Below the pieces are notes generated by a model, which did no database searches, was not told the DNA's origin, and saw nothing but the letters and a program-made list of their open reading frames with translations. Below, piece after piece: positions 26,401 through 38,625 of a DNA stretch of 64,000 bases. Each line of letters begins with the position of its first letter. Position 1 is the first letter of the stretch. The position numbers were made by a program, and so were the translations under genes. Source of the stretch: Lama guanicoe (lineage: Eukaryota); assembly GCA_013239625.1 (NCBI GenBank), contig MU054220.1, positions 806,848 through 870,847 on the forward strand, given 5' to 3'.

Positions 26401-27075
26401 CTTTTTTATGGGCAGGATAGGAGTATTACATGGAGATTGGCAGGGTCATAACTGCCTGTATTTTAAGAACTTGGTTATCAAAGGCTGGATACCTCGTTGG
26501 GTCTCAGGCCTCAAGGGATGCTGTCTCTTGCATGGGTAATCAGCATTTGGCTTTAATGAGATCTGAACTGCGGGCACTTTAGTAGCCTTGCCAGGGACCT
26601 CTGTGTCCCAGACAGCAGGGTTTATTTGAGAAACAATATGAGGTGGAAGGGGGATCTCCCCTGATTTAGTATTGAAGTGGATTCCCAAGGCCAAGAGCAG
26701 TCGTTTTTCTTGGTGGATGCCTTCTTCATGAGGGTCTCCAAACTGTAGCACTGTCTGGAATTTAGTGAGCAAATCCCTTTCCAACAAGGGGACAGGGCAC
26801 TTAAGCATAAGAGGAAACTGATGTGCAAAGGTAAAATTTTCTAGCAGGCAGCTAAGGTGGGCTGTAAATAGCTTGGTTTGGGGCTTTCTGTCAATCCCCG
26901 TTACTACACAGGATTGGGAGGACAAGGGCCCAGGGAAATCAGTCAGCACAGAGTAGGTGGCTCCAGCATCTAATAAGAAAACAGCTTTTCGACCTGCCAC
27001 GTCAAGGGTTTCCCATCGCTCCTCCAGAGAAATGACCAGGTGTCCTGTGGGAGCCAGGGAGGGCCCCGGGCCCCG
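23495..27075 (-). pseudogene. pol: ERV pro-pol (protease, RT, RNase H, integrase), disrupted
   Basis: Protease [38 protein letters not shown] and LLQHVDDLL; RNase H FTDGSSF; integrase HESTHLG..CELC, WQMDFT, PQSSGKVEK and KWKGPYQVLL. Split across several frames. Confidence 0.92.
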
Positions 27076-28611
27076 TTGGTCTTCAGCCATCTCAGCCTTC
27101 ATTGGTTTGGGAGCCCCAAGCCCCCTGCAGGTCTGGGGGCAGTCCTGCTTCCAGTGGCCTTTTTGTTTGCTTATCAGGCAGGGTCCCCATGGAACTTTTT
27201 CAAACACAAGGTAGTTGTTCTTCCAGTGGCCCTCCTGGCTGCACTTAAAACAGGTCCCTTTCCGGCAAGACAGTGGCTCAGATCCAGGCATCCTGGATCC
27301 TGTCCTCGCCATGGGTCTTCTTGGAGGGTAACCCTGAGGTGGCACAGGGGTTAGGGCAGCTGCTAGGAAATGTGCCTTTCGCTGTTGTCCCTGGATCCTT
27401 CTTGCCTCCCCAACCCTGTCTCTATTGTTAAATACTCCCCAGCTCCACGAGCTGATTCCTGGGGGTCTGGGGTCCCAGAGCTGCCTTCTGTAATTGTCCC
27501 CTGACGTCTGGGGCCGACTGAGTGATAAAATGGGTATTTACCAGGACTTCCCCCTCAGGGGTTTGGGGGTTAATATTAGTATACTTTTTAAGGGCCTCCA
27601 CTAAGAGGCCCTGGAAGAGGGCTGGATTCTCATCTTTTCCCTGTGTTACTTCCCTGACTTTGTCATAACTGACAGGCTTAACAACACATTTTTTCATTCT
27701 CTCTATGAGGCAAGTTACCATACGGTTTCTGCGTTCAAGCCCTCTACCTCCCTGGTGGTGGTTCCAGTGGGGGTCTTGGTCAGGGATTGCATCCCTCCAG
27801 TAAGGGAGATTATATGTCCCAGGTCGCAGGCAGCCAGTTCATTGGCATACAGCCAAGCCGCACCGAGGATCTGGCTTTTTTCCTCAGAAGTGCAGCAGGT
27901 TGAAAGGAGGACCTTTAGGTCCCCCCAGGTAAGCGCAGAGGCCATTGTCAGCCTGGCAAGTTCCTCCATGAACCTACTGGGGTCCTTGAAGAAACGTTCA
28001 AATTCTTCCTTGCAAGTAGCCAAATCAGCCATAGGAAAGGGGCCGTGAACTCTGTTCCCCCGTCACTGGCTGGCACTTCCCTCAAGGGGCAGAATTTGGT
28101 AGTAGGAGGTTGGCAGGCGGCCCCACTTGGAATAGCACTGGCAGGACTTTCCCCTGGTGAGGGAGATGCTGGGGAAGGTTCTTCCCCCTCAGAGTTGGGG
28201 GAAGCAGGAACTTCTGGCTGTGGACCTTGGGCAGCTGCGCTCATAAGAGGGTCATCTAGAATATCAAGCTCCTGTGGGTGGAGATGCTTAGAGGGGATGC
28301 GGGCCAGGAATATCCGGCAGGAGTTCCTTAGACCTGGGTTTTGGGATAGGGTCAGGAACATTTGGACATATGGGATTTCCCCCCATTTACCGCCTCTTTT
28401 ACAAAATAGGTCTAGCTATAAGATGGCATTGTAAGTTAGTGACCCATTCTTTGGCCAGACCTCTTGGTCCTCTAGTTTGTTTTGGGGCCATGCAGTATTA
28501 CAAAGGAAAATTAATTTCTTTTTCTTTAAACTATCCTTTCTAAACTTTTTCCAATTAATTAATATGCATCCTAACGGGGAGTCCTTTGGGGGTACGTGTA
28601 GTTTTCCCTAT
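27076..28611 (-). pseudogene. gag: ERV gag, disrupted
   Basis: Matrix DSPLGCIL..W..LIFLCNTAWPQ..WPKNGSL..LDLFC..KWGEIPYVQ; capsid QGKDENPALF and HFITQSAPDVR; two decayed zinc knuckles CFKCSQEGHW and CLISKQKGHWKQDC. The presumed start reads ATA at 28609-28611. Confidence 0.9.
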
Positions 28612-29552
28612 TCTGGTGAGGATGTCCTACCCGTGAGCCTGGGTGGCTCCCTTGGACTAGTTAAGGGAAGAAGCAAGGGCCAGAGGGAGAAAAGTTGACT
28701 AGAGTCCCAGGGTCTAAATCCTTTAGAGGGAAGGAGGAGACCTCGGTCCTGAGTCAACTAAGCAAATTACGTTTTGGTTAAGAGAAACAAATAGCGTTGA
28801 AAGGTGGAAATCTAGAACAGAAAAAGAATGCTATAGCCCCAGTGCCTCTTAGACCAGAGATCCATAGGCCCACTGAGGGAGCATCCGCCTGCAGCTCCCA
28901 CTCAGGGGCACTGTGACCTGCCACTCGTGGAGAGTACTCGCCGGCAATTCTCGCTCAGAGGCGCTTAAGCCTGCGACCCCACCGAGGGGGGCTAAAACCT
29001 GTGATCCGCAGAGGGACTGCCCACCCACAACTCCCGTCTACAGATGCAATGGGGCTGTATGCCCCAAGGGCACTTGGGGAAGGCCGGGCCACACATTTTT
29101 AAAGGGGAACTCCCAGAGTCCCCCAATTTGGGCCCCCCTTTTGCAGTTCCAGTGTCCCAGAACCAGACCAACACCATGCAGAGAGGTGGAATTGGGCTCA
29201 AAGAGCCACCGAGGGGAAGCTCACCCAATCAGGCTGCCAATTACTTGCCACATGGTCTAAGTTTGGATGTCCGAGTGGTCGCCTTGGTGGATCTTCTTGA
29301 GTCCAAAGAGACAGAGCGATAGAGGAAAGAAAGTAAAGATCCAGAGGAGAAGAGCCTTGGGCTCGGTGGGCTCCTTCACAGCTAGAGAGCTGGTCTCTGC
29401 CAGATCCTGCAGGCAGTGTCAGCTGCCACCTGAGGGCTCCTTGAATCTGCATGGCACAGGAGAAACCCCCGCCACCCTCCGAAGAGAGGGGAGCTGTAGC
29501 CCAATAGGTGGATCGAGATGATGCCCTTTGAGTCCTGTTTCTTTATGTAAAT

Positions 29553-29570
29553 GCCCCACGTTGGACGCCA
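29553..29570 (-). promoter_or_regulatory. Primer binding site, tRNA-Lys type
   Basis: Minus strand TGGCGTCCAACGTGGGGC, 6 nt from the 5' LTR, with one mismatch to the Lys1,2 PBS TGGCGCCCAACGTGGGGC. Confidence 0.88.
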
Positions 29571-29576
29571 GAGATA

Positions 29577-30219
29577 TGATGCAGGAAAACAGATGTGGGG
29601 CATGAGAAGAGATGTGTCCCAGATCTTGGTTGAGCCCCTGGGATGTGCCCCGCCAGGCATGGGTCCTTGGCTTCGTGCAGGAAAGAATTCAAGAGCGAGC
29701 CACAGTTGAGTGAAGGTAGATTTATTCAGAGAGATATATTGAAAGGCAAGTGAAAGGCCATGAGGTGTGGGGGTTGGGTCCTCAGATTAAAAGTAGGTAC
29801 ACACTCCATAGACAGAATGTGGGCCATCTCCGAAGAGGGAGAGAGAGGGGCGGCCGTGAGGTGCCATGTTGCTGATTTTTATGGGCTTGGTGGCTTCATA
29901 TGCTAGTAAGTAGAAGGACTAGTCTAAGGGGAAGGGGCTGGGATTCCCAGGAAGTTGGCCATTTCCTACTCTTTGACCTATTGTGGCTAGCCTTGGGACT
30001 GCCATGGTGCCTGTGGGCATGTTATTCACCATGTTAATATTACAATGTGTGTATAATGAAGCTCAATATCTACTAGAAGTTAAATCTCCCACCATCTTGA
30101 TCCTCAAGGCCTGCTGGGGGTTGAATCTTTTACCATTGTGATGTTAATTGCTGTGGCATTCCTTGAATGGCTGTGACCATCCTTGAATGGCTGTGCCCTG
30201 CCCCTTCCATCCTGTCTCA
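29577..30219 (-). repeat. 5' LTR of the provirus
   Basis: Direct repeat of 22491-23112 and adjacent to the PBS. It carries an extra ~20 bp internal duplication at 30161-30195. Confidence 0.93.
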
Positions 30220-30856
30220 GATCCAACCAGTGTTCCAGGTTCTTGTCCCATCCCAGAAGGAATTTAGAGACAAGACTTAGAGGTTAAAAAAAGTAAAGTG
30301 AGGATTTATTAAAGGATGGATAGTACATTCTCAAGGTGGGAGTGGGCGGGCTCAGGTGAGAGACAGCCCTGAGTTTCTTTGGCAAGTTAGTTACATAGGG
30401 AGTAAAAAATGAATGGGCAGAATATTCATTGAGGAGGCAAGGGCTTGGAGTCATAGTTCCTGATTATCATCTCAACTCCACCTTCCCAAAGGGAGGAGGA
30501 AATTTTCTCCTTATTTAGTCTGGATCAGAAGTGTCATGGCTTCAGTGCATGATGGGTACTTCTGATCTGCAAGGCTAATTTTATTGAAATGAGGACATAA
30601 TGAGCAAAAGGTTATATTCAGACACTGGAAATTCCTGCCTTTTCTGACCTTTCTTTGTTGGTGTCCAGGCCCAAAGGTGGGGCCCCTTATCAGCCCAAAG
30701 ATTCCTGCTTTTCTTTCTCTGCCCAGGGACCCCCGGTGCTTACATGGTGTATGTTTTCCTGCATTTGGCCTGTGCCTCACCTTTTTGCCCAATTCCTGCC
30801 ATTTGATCTGTGTCCCCCTTTCTCTGCTCATATCTAGCTATCTGCCTGCTCTAACA
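30220..30856. mobile_element. Second (host) ERV1-type solo LTR interrupted by the provirus; its first ~21 bp are probably at 22470-22490
   Basis: Ends TCTAACA (30856), the inverted complement of TGTTAGA at 22470. LTR-like body with tttattaa. Confidence 0.7.
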
Positions 30857-33800
30857 ACTTGACCCTTCTGCCATGTGAGGACACAGCAAAAGATCACTGT
30901 CTGTCAACTAGAGAGTGGACCGTACCAGATATGGAATCTGCTAGCACCTCAGTTTTGGACTTCTGAGCCTCCAACCTGTGAAAAATAAATATTTATAGTT
31001 TAAGCCACCTAGTTTATGGCATTCTGTAATGGTATCCCAAATGGGTCAATCCAAAATTTAGTTAATTTTTAAATTTGTGTAGTCATTTCAAGCGAGGAAA
31101 TGAAAGTCTTTGTTAATTGTCTATGTTAATTGATCTGTAATTTCCCTGAAGTCAGGGGAAGTTACTTGTTTTTGTGTTCTCTGTTTCTTGCACAATGTGT
31201 GGAACATATAGAATGCACTCTGTAGACTTTGTCCATTATTTGAATTCTTGATCTATTGGTATGTGAATTTTTTCTGATAAATTTTGATGAACTCTATTTT
31301 AAATATATAAATATATATTACTATATACTTGCTATAAATATTTACTCTTATATTTACTACATTTTCTGCATTATGTTGTGTTATGTGTGATTCTATATAT
31401 ATATATATGTTATCTTAATATACTTTTATTTTTTGATTTGTTCTATCAATTGGAAAACCCATACTCTGATGATTTTATAAATTTTACTCTTTTTTTAAAA
31501 AAAATAACTTTTCAAACACTTTACTTTTTTTTTTTTACACACCTAAAATTTGTTTTTGTTTATGATGGGGAAACATCTAAACCCAAACAGGTGAAATAAT
31601 CTGACAACATAATTATTAATTTTGGTAATAATTTGAAAATTTTTTAACCTAGTACATCAGGTTTTACACCATCAAGAAGATTCAATTTGGGGGGCACTCT
31701 CTCTTCCTCCTCCCCACCCCATCTCCTCCCCTAAACTTTAGTGTCATTTTGCAAAGTTTGAAAACTTTTCATAAAAATATACCTAGAATGTCATGATTCT
31801 ACCTATTTGTTTTGAGGAAATTGACATTTCAATATCTTGCTTTCCCATTCAGAATAAGACATATATCGTGATTTACTAATGTCTCAGTAAAAATTTGTAA
31901 TCATCTCTGTAGAGTGTAAATAAATCTTGCCTTATGATTTCTTATTTCAAAAGAAGACTCTCTTATTTACATTTGATTCACATTTTCAATGAGCTGGTCA
32001 GAAAGGGCTTAATGTCTTTTTCTGGCATGAATTACAGCACAATCCTCAAAGCCACAGACATATTGCTAGCCGATAGAGAGACCCCCAATTTAGCAAGCCC
32101 AGAAAACCTGTGGTTCCTTGTCCACCCATTGAGAAAGAATTCTCAGCAGCAGCAGAGGGACAAATTGAGAAGCTACTTTATTGATAAGGAAAAGAAGGGG
32201 GAAAAAACACCTAAGTGGGGAGCCATCAGCCAGGTAGCCTCTTGAACCAGCTCCAGGTATCATTCAGGACATGAGGTTTTTTATTGAAAGGCTCTGTCAT
32301 CATTATCAAAGGAAAAGCTGTCAGACCAGTTAAATCTCATCCCATCTTGACATAAGATTGAAGTCCAGAACATCAAGTTTTAAATTAAGACTACTCTTTA
32401 TATAATGAAACAATAAAATAGTGAAAAGGTAACTTATGGATTGGGAAAAAATATTTGCAGATCATTTATCTCATAATGAGTAAATATCTAAAATATATAA
32501 GGAACTTCTACAACTGAATTGAAAAAAAAAAGAGAGATTTAAAATTGAGCAAAGTACCTGAATATTTCTCTAAAGAAGACATACAAATGGCCAATAAGAA
32601 TATGAGAATGTGCTCAACATTGCCATTTATAAGGAAAATGCAAGTGAGAACCACAATGACATGTTACCTCACAATTGTTAGGATGCTATCTGAGATATAT
32701 AGCAGACAACACATTTAGTGATGATGCACAGAGAGTGGAGCCCTACTGTGCTTTAGTGGGAATATAAATTTGTTCAGCTGCCATGAAGAATATTGTGGAG
32801 ATTTCTCAAAATATTAAAAATGAAACTACTGTATAATTCAGCAATCCTATGTATGTAGGGACCCAAGAATATGAAACCAGGAATTGGAGAGATATCTGTA
32901 CTCTCATTTTCATTGCAACATTAATCACAAACCAAACCATGACTGAAATGAGCACATTCTACCATCTTTGAAATATAATTGAAGAATGAAATTATTTTCA
33001 TCATTATCATGTTAATCTAACTCCGCTACTGACAGGATACAACCACTTTGAAAAAGTACCATAAACTTTGCCTGAAGTGAAGTGTCAATACTATAATAGG
33101 GTTCATAATTATTATTTAATGTACGTCTGAAAATAATATTTAAAATTATTATTTGCATGAATGGTAGACTAAAAAACAATACAGTATAAAACATCTTTTG
33201 AATCAGACAGTTACCCATCCAACTAATTTATACAATAACATATATTCAGACAATATTAAGCTCATTTGTTTCAAATTCCTAAATTCACAAATGGTCAAGT
33301 TTTTTTTTTTTTCCTCTTGTCATAGTATTTTGTCCTCAGGCAGACATAAGGAAGAATTCAAAATTAAAGATGGAGGCTCTAAGAGTTCTCCTCTGAAGTT
33401 CAGTTAAGTTATGTGAAATAATTGGGTTGTTGGCAAGGGCTTCTAATGGTGGTGAATTACCCCTGAGGTCCAATTAGCCAGAGCTAAGAACCTTCCCCAA
33501 ACTGACCTACAGACAGGACATATGGTAGCACTTTTCAGTTTCAAGAGAAAGGTCTTATCTAAAAATATTACTTATAAGTGAGCAAAGACACTTATTGTAG
33601 CTGAGCTAGTTGGCATTTTTAAACTTACAGCTTTATTGCTTTCTTGGTGAACTAGCAGCTGTCTTGGGTCCTGGCCATGGAGTTAAGCCAGACAAATTCA
33701 TAGATAAGATTTTGTTTCCCCAGGAAATCATATGATTATAGACTCAGATTTAAATAGTTCTTACAAATGGTATAATCATCCCACATCCTCACCAATCTGA

Positions 33801-34009
33801 TATTTAATCCGTCTTCAGCATGCAAAACCTCGAGGCAGACTCAACTACAATACTAGCAACTTAGAAGTAAAAGTATTTAGAATCTTTTTTCTTACTGATA
33901 TATATTTAAATTAGAAGAATAATATAATTAGAATTAAATAAGAATAACTATGTAACTCAAATTTTTATCTAAAAATGTTCAAACTTCATAATACAACATC
34001 ATAATTTTC

Positions 34010-34455
34010 ACTTGCAGCACCATGGATGGACTTGGAGATTGTCATTCTAAGTGAGGTAAGCCAGAAAGAGAAAGAAAAATACCATATGATATCACTCATG
34101 TGGAAACTAAAAAAAAAAAAAAAAAGACAAATGAACTTATTTACAAACAGAAACAGACTCACAGACATAGAAAACAAACTTATGGTTATCCGGGGAGGAA
34201 GGTAGTGGGAAGGGATAAACTGGGAGTTTGAGGTTGGCAGATACTAATTAGTATATATAAAATAGATAAAGGGCAAGTTCATACTGTGCAGCACAGGAAA
34301 CTATATTCAATACCTTGTAGTAATGCATAATGAAAGAAGAATATGAAAATGAATATATGTATATATATGTATGACTGAACTATTATTGCTGTACACCAGA
34401 AATCAACACAACATGGTAAACTGACTATACTTCAATTAAAAATAAGTAAATAAAA
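34010..34455 (+). mobile_element. Young 5'-truncated L1 (ORF2 end, 3' UTR and A-rich tail)
   Basis: tggatggacttggagattgtcattctaagtgaggtaagccag...gactcacagacatagaaaacaaacttatgg...tgtacaccagaaatcaacacaac...acttcaattaaaaataa. Absent from the paralogous units. Confidence 0.88.
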
Positions 34456-36598
34456 TAGTCAACTCATAGAAGGAGAAAGTAGAATGGTGGCTGCCAGGGC
34501 CTGGGGGAAGGGAGAGAAAAAATAAATTAAACAAAATAAATAAATAAAAACACCTCGGTTAAAAACTACACATGAATCAAAGAGACATTCTACATTTTAA
34601 TTATTTATTTTGCCAATGTTGAACATCTCGTGTAGTTCTAAATTTTCCACAGCTCTTAATTGTTTGAACGTATTTGTAAATAAAGACTTCTATCTTTTAA
34701 AAATATTTTTGTTCAGAGTTTAGTCCTGAAAAGAGTACTCTGGAGCCAATGAGAAAAGAAAAAGTAATTTTTCTTTCTTCATAGTTATTTCTAAACACAT
34801 TTATTAATGATGTCTAATCCTTACCTTATGTATACTATACTCTTTTCTAATCGGCTGGGGGAGTTAACCACAGAATGAGGGAATACAATGAAGCTGCTGC
34901 AGTTTGTTTCCACAAATGTGTAAATACTTCAAATTGGGTAACTAAAAAATGAAGCTCTTTATCCATTTAACTTTGAAAGGAAACAATATATTTTTTTGCA
35001 GAATATATTGTAATATATTTATATTTTCTCCCAATCTTCTATGAGAAATTTATATCCTCCAATTGCTATGCTATTAATAATGCAGTATCATCCTGTAACC
35101 AGGAATGACAGATGATGGATGCTGTGGGAAGATGGGAGAAGAAGGCATGAGAATGCCTGTAGCAGAAACATAAAGGGGTCGGAAGGTCACTCACATCATG
35201 GAGGGATGAGTTCTGCTGTCTGCTAATGGAATTTCAGGGAAGGGGTTACTAAAGACACTTCACAGGGATCCTTTTTATAACTTTATGTTTATGCACATAT
35301 ATTAATATACACAGTCAGTATCCATAAGTATGCGTGGAATGACTGAACTTGTAATAGGTACTTACAGTAAGTAAGAGATGTTTGTGCTTGTGTTGTGTGC
35401 TTATATAAGTTTATGTGTATAATACATCGCCTCCCTTTCTTATCTAGTAAATGATTTCTTTTTATTCTCCATATTAGATTTTTACTTTCAGAACTTTGAA
35501 AAAAAGATTTTCCATTGCTTGATAAATCTGAACACTTATACAGGTCTTTTTTTTTTTAATCCAACTCTAATGAAGCTGTAAGTGTATTGAATATGACTCT
35601 GATAAATTGCCTGTAGTACAGAATTTTGAAGAATAAAAATGTAATTAACAAACACTATATTTTGAAAGTAGAATGACACAATAAAATACTCATTCTTAGA
35701 GGCAATTAGTATTTTCATATTACTCCATAAAGTGTGCCAGAAAGATTAACATGGAATGCAACTTCTTATTGACATTTATTTATGTTTCTGATAAGGTAGA
35801 GAGCAATGATAAACAGAGCAGGAGGGTGAGAACACTTGAATTCCTGGTACGTCTATGGTCTGGGGAAGCAGGCGTATTCTCCCCCATGGAGAACGGCAAT
35901 TCACCAAGTGCTTATTCAGCACCTAACAGGTTCCAGGCAGGGAGGACATTATGCCAGGCACTGTGGTAGGTGCAGTGAGGAAACACACCTGAATAGCTTA
36001 TGTGCTCTGGTAGGTACCAGGGACAGTGTGTTGCCAACTACTTACATACATTTCCCTAAACTGCCTGCTTATGGGAGATATATATTCATGGTGTCTTTCT
36101 TCCTACACTTAGAGCTGAGGGTTCAAGTGTGAATTCTCATGGAAGAGGGAATAATTCTTACCTGTGTGCAGCACCTCTCAGCTTACAAGATCCATCTGAG
36201 AATAATAGTCTATAACTTCACAGACACAGAGGAGGGCTCAGAACCACGGGACACAGAGGTGATGTAACAGAGTCACATGGAGCTGGAGCCAGAGTGAGAA
36301 TCCAGATCTTATGTAGATAGCCAAGGGTTCTCTCAGTAAATTACTCACCAAATTTTGCCCTATAGATGTTTTACAGGTGACAGGTGCTAGGTGTCTGAAG
36401 AAATGGAAACAGCATGGAGGACGTAAGAGAGAACTGAAACAAGCACTGAGGTAGGAGTGTCAAGGACACGCTCCATACGTACAGTGACTGCTCTGTTTTT
36501 ATACAAAGATATTCGGGCCATGATCCTTTCATGATTAATGGGTATCATTCCTTACCCTATGTAGGTATTTCAGGCTTCAGGAAAATGTTACTTGCTGA

Positions 36599-37525
36599 AT
36601 GGATCTCCTCACGCCTCCCAACAATGTGACTGAATTTGTTCTCTTGGGACTCACACAAGATCCACACTTGCAGAAAATACTGTTCATTGTATTTTTGATC
36701 ATTTTCCTATTTACCATGCTGGCCAATTTGCTCATGGTCATCACCATCTCCCTCAGCCCTTCACTTTCAGCTCCCATGTACTTCTTTCTCACCTACTTGT
36801 CCTTCATAGATGCCTCCTTCATCTCTGTCACAATTCCTAAAATGCTCATTGACCTGCTGCACCAGAAGAAAACCATCTCCTGGGGTGGCTGCATGACTCA
36901 GCTCTTTTTGGAACATTTCCTGGGAGCATCAGAAGTCATAGTCCTCATTGTCATGGCCTATGACCGCTATGTGGCCATCTGCAAGCCTCTGCACTACACG
37001 ACCATCATGCAACAGGGGCTCTGCCAATTCCTGGTGGTGGTGGCCTGGTTTGGGGGAGTCCTACATGCCACTGTGCAGACTGTTTTTACATTTGACTTGA
37101 CCTTCTGTGGTCCCAATGTCATTGACCACTTCATGTGTGATTTCTTCTCACTGTTGAAACTTGCCTGCAGCGACACCTACAGGCTTGGAATGGTGGTAGC
37201 AGTGAACAGTGGGGGCATGAGCTTACTCATTTTTTTCATGCTACTCATCTCCTACATAGTCATCCTGAGCTCCCTGAAATCCCATGGCTCTGAAGGACGG
37301 CTCAAGGCCCTCTCTACCTGTGGCTCCCACTTTACAGTAGTGGTGCTCTCTTTTGTCCCTTGTATTTTCACCTACACGCGTCCTGTGGCCACTTATCCTG
37401 TGGACAAGTTTTTGGCTGTGTTCTTTGGAATCCTCATTCCCATGTTAAACCCTATCATTTACACAGTTAGAAACACAGAGGTGAAAAATGCCATGAGGAG
37501 TTTGTTGAAGAGGAGAGTAACTTAG
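36599..37525 (+). CDS. Olfactory receptor family 4, OR4C-like, intact 308 aa
   Basis: All canonical motifs are intact: [30 protein letters not shown] and [12 protein letters not shown]. Confidence 0.93.
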   Translation: MDLLTPPNNVTEFVLLGLTQDPHLQKILFIVFLIIFLFTMLANLLMVITISLSPSLSAPMYFFLTYLSFIDASFISVTIPKMLIDLLHQKKTISWGGCMTQLFLEHFLGASEVIVLIVMAYDRYVAICKPLHYTTIMQQGLCQFLVVVAWFGGVLHATVQTVFTFDLTFCGPNVIDHFMCDFFSLLKLACSDTYRLGMVVAVNSGGMSLLIFFMLLISYIVILSSLKSHGSEGRLKALSTCGSHFTVVVLSFVPCIFTYTRPVATYPVDKFLAVFFGILIPMLNPIIYTVRNTEVKNAMRSLLKRRVT

Positions 37526-38625
37526 GCTGTTCATGATGCCAAGAAAATGATGATTTACATATATATATATATATGGAGGATCATACCTGTAGTAATTTGT
37601 GCCAGAAGAATAGTTCCTTGAGAAATGAATATTTCTTACTGTTTTCATATATGATGCAGATATGCATAAATCACATATATAGGTAGTATATTTGTGGCAT
37701 TAATATTTTAGAGAGGGAGGTGAGAAAGGGAATGGAATGTCTAACAAAGCAAATTTCTGGGACAATCAAAAAAGAAAGATTTAGGAATACTGTCCTAAAT
37801 TCATGTCTAAATGATTAGATAAGAGCATAAGTTAACTATAGAATGTTAGCAAATGTCATCCAAGCACAGGGGTTGACCCATCACCTGTGAGGATCATATT
37901 CAGTTTAATTAGGGGGCTCTTCTTAGGAGACATACCAGAGTACATGGCAAACAAAGTGAAGCATGTCATAAATTGATATTTTAACTATTGAAAGTGAAAA
38001 AAGAATGAAGGCTATAACCCTAAACATTTCTAAATCAAAAGCATGTCATCTGAGAATATTAATTTTTATACAGTGATAAAAATAATTTAACTCTTATTTT
38101 TTCTGGCTGGGGAATATTTACAAATCCTTTATAATGTCAACTGTCTTGCTGTTAGATTTGACAAAATGTTAATAAGTCTTAAAAGATGTAGAGAGCCCCA
38201 GATGAGGTGATAGAAAAACTTAGTTCTGGTACTAGCTAGGTGGCCAAAAACAAGTCCTATTGACTTTTCTTCATCTATATTATGAAGCAGAAAATTGTGT
38301 GGCCATTCTTCTATTGAAGAATAGAGCATAGTTGTTGAACAAATAATTCAATTGTTAATACTGTGATCTGGTTTTGTGCTGGTAGACCACCAAAATGAAT
38401 CATTGCAAGGATGGATGGAGATTTATTTAGCCTGGATTCAAGAAAGGCTAAATCTTTGGGGCAATGGGTGCTTTAAAAAACTTCATATTCTGATTTTTAT
38501 CCCCATTACATGGAAAATTCTTATATTATCTCAAATCCTTTGCAAACACAATGCTATTCACCAAATAATACCAAGAATTTGAGTTTATCAGATCTTATAT
38601 AATTTATTCCTCCGCTTTTGGATGC

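Larger units (their letters stand above)
22491..30219 (-). mobile_element. Endogenous retrovirus, class I (gamma-like, HERV-W/ERV9-type), defective and lacking env
   Basis: Two TG...CA LTRs, a PBS, a polypurine tract, and gag-pro-pol homology in order on the minus strand with many frameshifts and stops. Confidence 0.95.
30857..38390 (+). repeat. Tandem segmental-duplication unit 2 (carries gene 36599); begins inside a truncated MaLR LTR (30857-~31052)
   Basis: Collinear with 15140-22015 and 38787 onward. Confidence 0.85.

Noticed and set aside
23495..28611. Possible domesticated or active retroviral gene
   Set aside because: There are multiple frameshifts and stops, YVDD reads HVDD, integrase SDNG reads SEKG, the gag start is lost and env is absent
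24121..29660. Many plus-strand and leader ORFs of 70-130 aa inside the ERV
   Set aside because: Expected by chance in GC-rich proviral DNA antisense to gag-pol or in the leader, with no recognisable domains
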